A DNA stretch of 14,593 bases from Myxococcota bacterium (GCA_039028615.1 JBCCHT010000083.1:1-14593); one strand, 5' to 3'; shown: positions 1 through 11,496, counted from the first letter of the stretch. Notes: generated from the letters alone by a model not told the origin. Translations and numbers: made by a program.

Positions 1-121
1 AGTCGCTACAAGCACTCACGGCTGCCAATTCACCGACGAGCACGTCCGGGGTAGGCGTCCGCCGTCAACAGGGCCCCCCACCCCCTCATCGAAGCCGAAG
101 CTGCCCGTGTCCCCACAGCCC
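1..121. repeat. Direct repeat copy 1 (probably truncated by the left window edge)
   Basis: 1-121 matches 335-455 at 120/121 positions (C101 vs G435); period 334 bp. Confidence 0.97.
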
Positions 122-331
122 GTGTCCCCACACCACGAGCTCGCCGGTTCACACGACCCACCCCAGGCGGCAACCCCAGCATCCACCATCTCTCGGAACG
201 ACCGACTCCTTCTGCCGACCACCAATTGGCAGCGGCAGTGCGTACCAGAAGCTCACCAATGCTTCGACGTCGAGTCGCGGGGGGCACCCGCGTAGGCGGA
301 AGGGGCCCCCGGTCGCGCGCAGGAGGTGACT

Positions 332-388
332 ATGAGTCGCTACAAGCACTCACGGCTGCCAATTCACCGACGAGCACGTCCGGGGTAG
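332..388 (+). CDS. Candidate 18-aa cationic small peptide MSRYKHSRLPIHRRARPG within the repeat
   Basis: AGGAGGT at 321-327, ATG 332-334, TAG 386-388; codons 2-18 and the stop are also present at 1-54. No homology evidence. Confidence 0.3.
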   Translation: MSRYKHSRLPIHRRARPG

Positions 389-455
389 GCGTCCGCCGTC
401 AACAGGGCCCCCCACCCCCTCATCGAAGCCGAAGGTGCCCGTGTCCCCACAGCCC
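335..455. repeat. Direct repeat copy 2 (true unit may extend further left)
   Basis: AGTCGCTACAAGCACTCACGG...GTGTCCCCACAGCCC, identical to 1-121 except one base. Confidence 0.97.
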
Positions 456-540
456 CGTGTATCCACAGCGCATGGCCCCACAGCCCGCTCCCAAGCTGAC
501 CCGCAGCCGCCCCACTGCACGCCCACGGAGACCTCGTCAG

Positions 541-1305
541 CTACCGAAACGCCGCCAACGCCGTCTCGTGAAGCAGCCCGTTGCTGCTGATCAAACTGCC
601 CGTGTAGATCGAGCGCTCACCACCGACGGTGGTCGCTTTGCCCCCGGCTTCCTCGACGATGATCTGCAGCGGCGCAATGTCCCAGGGCATGACGATCGGA
701 TCCAGCCCGATCTCGCCGCACCCCTCCGCCACCAGCATGTGCTGATAGAAATCACCGACCCCCCGCTGCCGCCAGCTTTGCTCGAGCAGCGCCGGAACCT
801 TCTTCGTGTTCGGCACCGCCTCCGCCCCCGCCAGGCTCGCGTGGAAGATCTGCGCATCTTCGATCGCCTTGACCTGGGAGACGCGAAGTCGCCGAGTCCC
901 CGACCACGCGCCTTGCCCCCGCGACGCGTGCCAGCGCTCATGCAGCGCGGGCGCGCTCACCAGCCCGGCCACGATTTCGCCCTCGTCCTCGATGGCAAGC
1001 AACGTCGCATAGATGGCCAGGCCTCGGGCGAAGTTCGCCGTGGCATCGATGGGGTCGACGATCAGCCGCACGCCGCCCGCACCCTTGTGCTCGCCGTGCT
1101 CCTCGCCGAACACACCGAGCCCCGGCTCGCGCTGGGCCACGATGTCTCGAATCGCAGACTCGACCTCGAGGTCGGCCTTGGTCACCAGGCTCCGGTCCGG
1201 CTTGCGCTCGACCGGCAGGTCGGACGCACGAAAGTAGCCGAGGGAAATCTGATCGGCCCGGTCGGCCAAGTCGTGCAGCAGGGGTAGCCAGTCTCGGCTC
1301 GTCAT
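541..1305 (-). CDS. hisN: Inositol monophosphatase-family protein, probably histidinol-phosphate phosphatase
   Basis: Motifs K-x-D-x-S-x-V-T-x-A-D, GEE, DPIDAT-x-NF-x-RG, WDIA, EAGG; GDFYQHMLVAEG resembles HisN-type members. ATG at 1305 with GGAG upstream preferred over TTG at 1329. Confidence 0.8.
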   Translation of the reverse strand: MTSRDWLPLLHDLADRADQISLGYFRASDLPVERKPDRSLVTKADLEVESAIRDIVAQREPGLGVFGEEHGEHKGAGGVRLIVDPIDATANFARGLAIYATLLAIEDEGEIVAGLVSAPALHERWHASRGQGAWSGTRRLRVSQVKAIEDAQIFHASLAGAEAVPNTKKVPALLEQSWRQRGVGDFYQHMLVAEGCGEIGLDPIVMPWDIAPLQIIVEEAGGKATTVGGERSIYTGSLISSNGLLHETALAAFR

Positions 1306-1391
1306 GTCGGCTCCGAGGGTGAGGGACAACGAGGTTCGTGTCGAGCCCTCGGGGCCAAAGCGGCGATCTGCGGGGGTTAGAGCTCACCCCG

Positions 1392-2285
1392 CTAGTCGCC
1401 GTCGGCTCGGGTGGCGCGGGACGACTCGGCGTCGGCGACGAGGCGCTCGCTGACCTCCCACAGGCGCAGGGCGGCGTCGTCGTCGAGCGCGATCGCGGTA
1501 GCTTGGGCGGCGCGAGACTTGGCGTAGTAGCCCCCGTTGTCGAGGTCGGACAGCGGTGCGGTGGCACAATGCAAGGAGGTCCGGGCACCCTTTTCTTCGT
1601 TGATCATGAAGGGCCGGAACAGACCGATCATGGTGCCCATGAAGCCCTTGACGTCACCGTTGCGGGCGAAGCCCGTCCGCACCACGCCGGGGTGCACCGC
1701 GAACGAGGAGATGCCTTTGTCTGCGTAGCGCCGCACGAGCTCGCGCGTGAAGTAGATGTTGGCGAGCTTCGAGCGGCAGTACACTCCCATCGCCGAGTAG
1801 CCGTTGTTGCTCTGCAGGTCGTCCCACTCGAGGCCCTTGCCCGCCCCCTTGTGCGCGTCGGAGGAGAGGTTGACGATGCGCGACGGGCCGCACTCGATCA
1901 GCCGATCGAGGAGCAACGAGGTGAGCAAGAAGTGTCCGAGGTGATTGACGCCGAAGGTCATCTCGAACCCTTCGCTCGTCTCGCGTCGCTCGGAGAGCAT
2001 CAGCCCCGCGTTGTTGACGAGCAGCTGCAGCTTCGGGTGCCGGGAGAGCATCACTTCGGCGCAGTCGTGGATCGACGAGAAGTTCGACAGGTCGAGGCGC
2101 TCACAGGTCGCGTCGTCGCGCCCGGCGAGCTGCTTGATCTCCGCCAGCGCTTCCGCGCCCGCTTCGGGATTCCGCGACGTGATCACGACGCGGTAGCCCT
2201 TCTTCAGCAATCCCACTGCGGTCTGCTTGCCGATGCCGGAGTTGCCGCCCGTGACGAGGGCGACTTTGGTCTCGCTGACGCTCAT
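1392..2285 (-). CDS. Short-chain dehydrogenase/reductase (retinol dehydrogenase-like subgroup)
   Basis: TGGNSGIG cofactor motif, NNAG, GFEMTFGVNHLGHFLLT, YCRSK (YxxxK), VHPG. Confidence 0.93.
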   Translation of the reverse strand: MSVSETKVALVTGGNSGIGKQTAVGLLKKGYRVVITSRNPEAGAEALAEIKQLAGRDDATCERLDLSNFSSIHDCAEVMLSRHPKLQLLVNNAGLMLSERRETSEGFEMTFGVNHLGHFLLTSLLLDRLIECGPSRIVNLSSDAHKGAGKGLEWDDLQSNNGYSAMGVYCRSKLANIYFTRELVRRYADKGISSFAVHPGVVRTGFARNGDVKGFMGTMIGLFRPFMINEEKGARTSLHCATAPLSDLDNGGYYAKSRAAQATAIALDDDAALRLWEVSERLVADAESSRATRADGD

Positions 2286-2355
2286 GGCCCTAGTGTCGGA
2301 CAATTGAGAGGCGCGGTCCTGGCGGCGATTTTAGCAAGCCGTTGGGCCGGTTTGT

Positions 2356-2660
2356 TATTGAAGAAATTTGTGTATTGAAGACACACTTTTTTTCTTGTGC
2401 TGAGGTGCGGTCTCAGGGTAAACAAGAATCCAACGACGTTGGAGCGAGTGCCAGCGCTGAATCGCTGAAATGGCACTAGTGAGGGGGGGTCCTTGTGGTG
2501 CCTCGCGCTCGGCCGGCGGTCTCGAACGAAGGAGAGGTGACGAAGGGCTGACGAAGATCGACTGCGGACGAGGGTGAGACGGCATGTAGGGGTGTCCGTC
2601 GATTGGTGTCCGCTGAGTCGTTGTTGCCACGCGCAGGCCCCAGGAGGCCGCGCATCAGGG
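2356..2660. ncRNA. Candidate structured RNA or regulatory leader (family unknown)
   Basis: Consecutive inverted repeats: TTCTTGT/ACAAGAA (2392-2428) enclosing CTGAG/CTCAG, TCCAAC/GTTGGA (2429-2443), AGTGCCA/TGGCACT (2447-2477), plus further stems at 2557-2603 and 2631-2653; no credible ORF. Confidence 0.35.
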
Positions 2661-2934
2661 GACTTTGGTCGACAACTGACACTCAATGAGTCGAGACGAT
2701 TCGCCAGACCATCATCATCGCGCTCCCAGACCGCATTCGCGGCCAAACCGAACCCACTGTCGAAGTGGTTTCGTCTGGACGCACCGGCGCGCTTCGTGGG
2801 GGCGCGCGTCGGTGCGTCACCTTTTGGTTCTACGGGCCCCCTACCTGGCCCGAGATGGCGTGCGTTCATGAACAGAGCGTAATGCACGATGTCAGGCTTC
2901 AACTGGTTGCCGCCCCATCCGCCACCGCGGTTCA

Positions 2935-5106
<2,172 letters not shown>

Positions 5107-5155
5107 CCCGCCGGTCAGCCCCTCCCCGGCGCTTTTCGCTACCCTCGCATCCGCA

Positions 5156-5941
5156 ATGCCGGATCGACCATCCATCCGCTGGGGCCTCGCCATCGGTCAT
5201 GCCTTCTTGGCCCTGCTGCTCGTGGCGGTGGTCACGGGTACCCTCGCCGCGATCCTCGGTGTCGCCGACCCGCGCAAGTTCGGAGAGGGCGTGGGCCGTC
5301 TGTCTGTGTTCTTCATGCTCGGCGGCTTCGGAGCCTCGTGCCTCGCCCAGACCGGCCGCCGCACGATCGCCCTGGTCATTCGCATCGGCATGCTCTTGCT
5401 GCTCGGAGGCCTCGTCGCCTTGCTGGCCTCGGTCGACGCGAGCCGCGGTCGAGACCAGCCCTCCGCGCTTCCTTCCGCCGACCTGGTCCGCGAGCAGGGG
5501 ACCATCCGCCACCCCGTCCTCGGCTTCTCTCTGCCCGATCCTGGCCCGTCCTTCCAGGAACAACCCGCGCTCGCCACCCAGCTCACCAACCGAGCCGAGG
5601 GCACCCGCGCCTGGGTCTACGTCGATCTCGAAGCCGGCACGATGGTCACCCTCGTCCTCGCCTCCGACGTCGGCCGCGATCGCGAGAACTTCGACGGTTT
5701 CTTTCGAGGGTTCGTGGCAGGGCAGGTCGGCTCAATGGAAAAAGAGCTCGGCCCCGTCGAAGAAAAAGCGCTCGCCCTGCGCTGGGACGAGCGCCGTGCC
5801 AGCGCCCACAACGTCGCAAACGGCTTCCACATCCGCGTCGAGGGCTTTGGCCTGCCGAGCGGCGAGGGGCTCATCGTCATGACCCTCGCGGGGGATGAGG
5901 CCCAGTTCACAGACCTGGGCGATCGAGTCGTTCGTCCGTAG
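5156..5941 (+). CDS. Hypothetical membrane protein (about 3 N-terminal TM helices plus soluble C-terminal domain)
   Basis: 261-aa ORF with GC-rich third positions, co-oriented 49 bp after the kinase; three hydrophobic stretches. Confidence 0.8.
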   Translation: MPDRPSIRWGLAIGHAFLALLLVAVVTGTLAAILGVADPRKFGEGVGRLSVFFMLGGFGASCLAQTGRRTIALVIRIGMLLLLGGLVALLASVDASRGRDQPSALPSADLVREQGTIRHPVLGFSLPDPGPSFQEQPALATQLTNRAEGTRAWVYVDLEAGTMVTLVLASDVGRDRENFDGFFRGFVAGQVGSMEKELGPVEEKALALRWDERRASAHNVANGFHIRVEGFGLPSGEGLIVMTLAGDEAQFTDLGDRVVRP

Positions 5942-5994
5942 AGAGCTCGGTACGCGTCGGGCCCTTCACGTTCGAGTGCCGTCACCCCTCCGCC

Positions 5995-6642
5995 CTACTC
6001 GATCCCGTTGACGATCAACCCCGCCAACTCCTCCGCCAATTCCCCCGGACTCCTGCCGCGCTCCACCGCCCCATCCACCAAGTGAGGCCCCACCCGAGCC
6101 ACCGCCAACAACGTCCCCGCCAGTCTCTTCGCCCGCCCCCGCGTCACCCCAAACGCCTCCCGAATCACCCCCACCCAAACCCGCTCATCATCCAGCCCCG
6201 CAAACGCCTCCAGCACCTCCGGCCGCCGCTCCAAGCTCCGCAGAAGATCCGCGTCCCCCCGAACCATCCGAGCCAACAACGGCATCCGCTCGAAGCACGC
6301 GATCGAATCCGCGATCAACAACTCCAGCCGCTCCCGCGGAGCAACATCGAGGTCCAAGATCGACCGCCGCTGCTCGAGCTGCTCCTCGGCCAGCGCCATG
6401 ATGACGATGTCTTCCTTGCTCTTCGCGTACGTGTACAGCGTCCCCCGAGAGACCCCCGCCCGCTCGGCGATCTCCTCCATGCTCGTTCGCCGCAGACCAC
6501 GGTCCCGAATCAGCGCCGTGGCACCGTCGATGATCCGCCGCCGAGTCTCTTCCTTCTTGGGGCTGAGCCCGGGGTCCCGCCCGGCCAGCCGCTCCAACCC
6601 CGCCCGTATCTGCTCTTCGTTGCTCTTCGCCAACGCGCCCAC
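5995..6642 (-). CDS. TetR/AcrR family transcriptional regulator
   Basis: HTH TRRRIIDGATALIRDRGLRRTSMEEIAERAGVSRGTLYTYAKSKEDI. Start uncertain (GTG 6642 or TTG 6633); the longer ORF to 6720 overlaps the operator and the neighbouring gene. Confidence 0.92.
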   Translation of the reverse strand: MGALAKSNEEQIRAGLERLAGRDPGLSPKKEETRRRIIDGATALIRDRGLRRTSMEEIAERAGVSRGTLYTYAKSKEDIVIMALAEEQLEQRRSILDLDVAPRERLELLIADSIACFERMPLLARMVRGDADLLRSLERRPEVLEAFAGLDDERVWVGVIREAFGVTRGRAKRLAGTLLAVARVGPHLVDGAVERGRSPGELAEELAGLIVNGIE

Positions 6643-6650
6643 GCTAGCAG

Positions 6651-6690
6651 TTTGATCAAAATTTGACAATTTTACGAAAAGTGTCAAATT
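6651..6690. promoter_or_regulatory. Palindromic operator / divergent promoter region, probable TetR binding site
   Basis: AATTTGACA-A-TTTT-ACG-AAAA-G-TGTCAAATT (6660-6690) puts TTGACA on both strands; adjacent perfect palindrome TTTGATCAAA (6651-6660); AT-rich island between divergent genes. Confidence 0.85.
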
Positions 6691-6701
6691 CGTACCAGGC
6701 C

Positions 6702-7289
6702 ATGAACGAAGGCAGCCCATCCAGTCCCGTCGTCGCGTCCAGTGCCGTGGAAACGGCCACCACGAACTACGAGCGGCTCTATGCCACTCGCGGTGAGTAC
6801 CAGCGCCAGGACACCCCGCAGACGCTGCGCGAGGGGCTGGCCGAGTACTACCGGGTCAACCCCGGGTTGGTGGCGCCCGAGACGATGGACGACGAGCACA
6901 GCGCTCGCTACTTCCACAATCACGACACGACCCACGTGATCTTCGGGACGCACACCGGTCCGCTCGACGAGGGGGTCAACGACCTGCTCACGATGTTCGG
7001 CGTGGCGGTGTCCTATCCGCGCTACATCAAGGGCTTCTTTCAGACCAAGGAGTCGCAGCTGGTGGCGAAGGAGTACGGGAAGTTCAGCGCGGGCGTGGTG
7101 GTGCGATCCGTGCTCGGCACGTTGCGGCTCATCCCCAAGATCTGGCGCACCTGTCGAGCGATGCATCGCAAGTGGCCGTGGGAGCCCCCCGAAGGGGCGC
7201 TCGACCGGCCGTTGGCGGAGCTGCGGGCCGAGTACGGCATCCAGGTGTGGCGCGGCGAGGTGGTGCTCGACTTCCCTCGCGACCGCTAG
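6702..7289 (+). CDS. Coq4-like putative metal-binding protein
   Basis: HDTTH-x11-E (HDTTHVIFGTHTGPLDE) matches the Coq4 HDxxH-x11-E motif; C-terminal WE...LDRPLAELRAEYGI resembles Coq4-family ends. ATG 6702 lies just after the palindrome. Confidence 0.75.
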   Translation: MNEGSPSSPVVASSAVETATTNYERLYATRGEYQRQDTPQTLREGLAEYYRVNPGLVAPETMDDEHSARYFHNHDTTHVIFGTHTGPLDEGVNDLLTMFGVAVSYPRYIKGFFQTKESQLVAKEYGKFSAGVVVRSVLGTLRLIPKIWRTCRAMHRKWPWEPPEGALDRPLAELRAEYGIQVWRGEVVLDFPRDR

Positions 7290-7295
7290 GCTCCG

Positions 7296-8855
7296 TCAGC
7301 GCCCGCCCTCGGGCTTGATGGTCAGCGACAGCAGCACGTCCTTGGCGTTCGGCCCGCCTTCGCCTTCGGTGCTCATGAACTCGGTGTCGCCGTCCATCTC
7401 GAGGTGCTGCGAGAACAGGTAGCCGGCCTCGTCGGCGCCCGCGATGTAGCCGAGCGCGGTGGTGCCCAGCGGCGGCAGGAAGTCCTCTTCGGCGGCGGTG
7501 TCGTCGAAGCCCTGCGAGAGCAGCAAGATGTCGCCGGACTTGCCGTAGGTCGGCGGGAACACGCTGTTGCTGTCGCCGTCGTTGGACTCGCCGGTCCACG
7601 AGCGCAGGGGATCGTTGGCGTCGGCACCCCGCAGCGAAGTCATGATCGCCCACGCGGCGTGGCTGCCCAGCGGATCCCAGGTGTACGAGTCGGGCTCGCC
7701 GAAGTCGACGCTGCGATAGAACACGGCGGTGCCCAGGTCGCGGCTCGGCCCTTCTTCGAACACGTCGCAGTAGGCCTCGTCGTCGTTCCACTCGAGGCAA
7801 TCGTCCTCGGTCATGCACTCGGGTTGGCCGTTGTCCTGCTTGAGGCACTCGGCGAGCTTGGTCCAGCCGTCGAGGCGCAAGGGCAGGTAGTCGTCGGTGC
7901 GGTGGAAGAACAGCACCAGCAGATCGCCGGGCTCGCTGTCGGGGCGATCGATCTCGATGGTGCCGTTGCCGGCATAGTCGACGGTGGTGTCCAACGTCTC
8001 GATGGTCGCCGGCCCGTCGTCGGGGGGGTCGTCGCCGGGCGGCAGGTCGCCGTACCACGAGTATTCGATGTGCAGCAGCGGGGCCTGGGAGGGGGAGCCG
8101 TCGTAGGCGTGCGCGGTCCGGGTGCCGGAGCCGGTCACGATGAAGACGACGTCGTTGCCCGCCGACCACCCCGGACGATCGACGACCTCCTGTAGCAGAC
8201 CGGCGAGCTCGGGCGTGCGCTGGTCGTCGGTCTCCGCGTCGTCCTCATCCCAGGGCACGGGTTGCCAGGGCACGGCGGTGTCGGTGCGCGGTCGGCCGGT
8301 CAGGTCTCCGACCTCGTCGGCGAAGGGCGCGGCGTCGTCGCTGTCCTGCGCTTCGATGACCAGAGACACTCGCCCCTCCTGGACCTCCTCGGTGGCGAAC
8401 TGCACGTAGGCACGATCGATCGTCGCGCCCGCGGGGATCGGGAGCCCGACGAAGCGCATGCCCACCGCGGAGGTGTCGTGGGTGGAGTCGATGGCGAGCT
8501 CGAGGTCGGAGCTGCTCGCGTACATCGAGCCGTCGTCGCGCTCTTCGACGTCGTCCAGGCCGCTGGCGATGCGCGCCTCGAAGGTCGCCTCCTGCATGGG
8601 CTCTTCGGGCTCGCCCCCGCTGCTGGAGTCGTCCGCCGCGTCGTCGCCGGTCTCGTCGCTGCCGTCGGAGGTGCCCGGCTCGGTGCCATCGTCGGAGCCG
8701 TTCGAGGGGTCGACGCCTCCCGTGGCGTCCCCGGGCTCGTCCTCGGTCCCGCTGATGCCTCCGGGGCGTGCCTCCGTTATGGCCCCGCAGGCACCCAGGC
8801 CCACGGCCAACACAAAGACCGGCACGATTGACAGACGCGCGCTTCCAAACCTCAT
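7296..8855 (-). CDS. Acidic secreted lipoprotein (low-complexity linker plus two extracellular domains)
   Basis: Signal peptide with lipobox LGA-C; D/E/G/S/T-rich linker; domain with DDVEE...SSDLEL...GMRF...IPAGATIDRAYVQF; C-terminal domain with P...GDLLVLF and four Cys. Start could be 8855, 8870 or 8876. Confidence 0.85.
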   Translation of the reverse strand: MRFGSARLSIVPVFVLAVGLGACGAITEARPGGISGTEDEPGDATGGVDPSNGSDDGTEPGTSDGSDETGDDAADDSSSGGEPEEPMQEATFEARIASGLDDVEERDDGSMYASSSDLELAIDSTHDTSAVGMRFVGLPIPAGATIDRAYVQFATEEVQEGRVSLVIEAQDSDDAAPFADEVGDLTGRPRTDTAVPWQPVPWDEDDAETDDQRTPELAGLLQEVVDRPGWSAGNDVVFIVTGSGTRTAHAYDGSPSQAPLLHIEYSWYGDLPPGDDPPDDGPATIETLDTTVDYAGNGTIEIDRPDSEPGDLLVLFFHRTDDYLPLRLDGWTKLAECLKQDNGQPECMTEDDCLEWNDDEAYCDVFEEGPSRDLGTAVFYRSVDFGEPDSYTWDPLGSHAAWAIMTSLRGADANDPLRSWTGESNDGDSNSVFPPTYGKSGDILLLSQGFDDTAAEEDFLPPLGTTALGYIAGADEAGYLFSQHLEMDGDTEFMSTEGEGGPNAKDVLLSLTIKPEGGR

Positions 8856-9087
8856 CGACGGAATCGACATGGGCACCCTCCAGGACAGGAGTCACCTGCC
8901 GGAGGACCTCTATCCAACTCGCGGACGAAAAAATGCGGACCGGGTCACGAATCGATGTTCGTCGGGTTGGTCGTCGACTCGAACGTATCGTTCGTGACAC
9001 CGAACGCACGCCTCGCTCGAGACCGCATCATCATTTCGGTACCGCGCGATCGTAGCCGCTCGCCCGGTCGCCGCGGGGCGCCAGCGG

Positions 9088-10998
<1,911 letters not shown>

Positions 10999-11177
10999 TA
11001 CCCGACAGCATCGACCGCGGCCCCCGATCCGTTGCAGGGGCGGCGGTTTTCGTGCTCTGAGGCCTAAACCCTGGATCGTCCGGGAAATGGCGCGTTGTGC
11101 GGGCCCGAGGCCTGGGGCCCGCCGAAGGTGCGGGGATCCTCTCGCGAACCGGGCCGCACGACGCTCGCCGCAGGCTC

Positions 11178-11205
11178 TTGCCTGTTTCAGCGATCCTGGT
11201 ATGGT
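11178..11205 (+). promoter_or_regulatory. Putative sigma70-type promoter for the tRNA-Ser/tRNA-Ser/SRP cluster
   Basis: TTGCCT-16 nt-TATGGT with TG just upstream of the -10 and a GC-rich stretch after it, 16 nt before the first tRNA. Confidence 0.6.
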
Positions 11206-11221
11206 CCGCAGCCCAAACCAC

Positions 11222-11311
11222 GGAGAGGTGTCCGAGTGGTTGAAGGTGCCAGACTCGAAATCTGGTGAGGTTTAACGGCCTCCGTGGGTTCGAATCCCAC
11301 CCTCTCCGCCA
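11222..11311 (+). tRNA. tRNA-Ser (anticodon CGA)
   Basis: GGAGAGG/CCTCTCC acceptor stem, CCAGA-CTCGAAA-TCTGG anticodon arm, long variable arm, GGTTCGAATCC, G discriminator, encoded CCA. Confidence 0.98.
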
Positions 11312-11320
11312 CATTCCACT

Positions 11321-11338
11321 CCCCCGGTCCGCCGGGGG
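11321..11338 (+). other. Perfect GC hairpin between the tRNAs (processing or weak termination signal)
   Basis: CCCCCGG-TCCG-CCGGGGG; no immediate U-tract. Confidence 0.45.
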
Positions 11339-11408
11339 TCGCGACTTTCCCCTCTTGCAGGAGACCCCAGCACTTCCCGAGCTTCTCTCTCGTCCCCACA
11401 CACCAACT

Positions 11409-11496
<88 letters not shown>

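Noticed and set aside
292..400. REP element suggested by two GTAGGCG motifs
   Set aside because: The palindromes after GTAG are too short or irregular and no RAYT gene is visible; not supportable.
1..455. CRISPR array interpretation of the direct repeat
   Set aside because: The repeat is over 120 bp with a 334-bp period and no cas genes are present in the window.
226..1287. 353-aa plus-strand ORF and other long antisense ORFs (1338-2378, 3052-4809, 9184-10824)
   Set aside because: Shadow frames opposite well-supported genes, expected with high-GC codon usage; no recognisable motifs.
2548..2580. Hammerhead ribozyme suggested by CTGACGA
   Set aside because: No stem II followed by GAAA in the required position.
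2361..2660. Retron msr-msd (retrons are known in myxobacteria)
   Set aside because: No reverse transcriptase nearby and no long terminal a1/a2 inverted repeat identified.
11030..11100. c-di-GMP-I riboswitch suggested by GGCCTAAAC, and a sigma54 promoter at TGGCGCGTTGTGC
   Set aside because: The upstream GGCAAA/GAAA/GCAAA elements are missing; the GG-GC spacing is 8 nt rather than 10.
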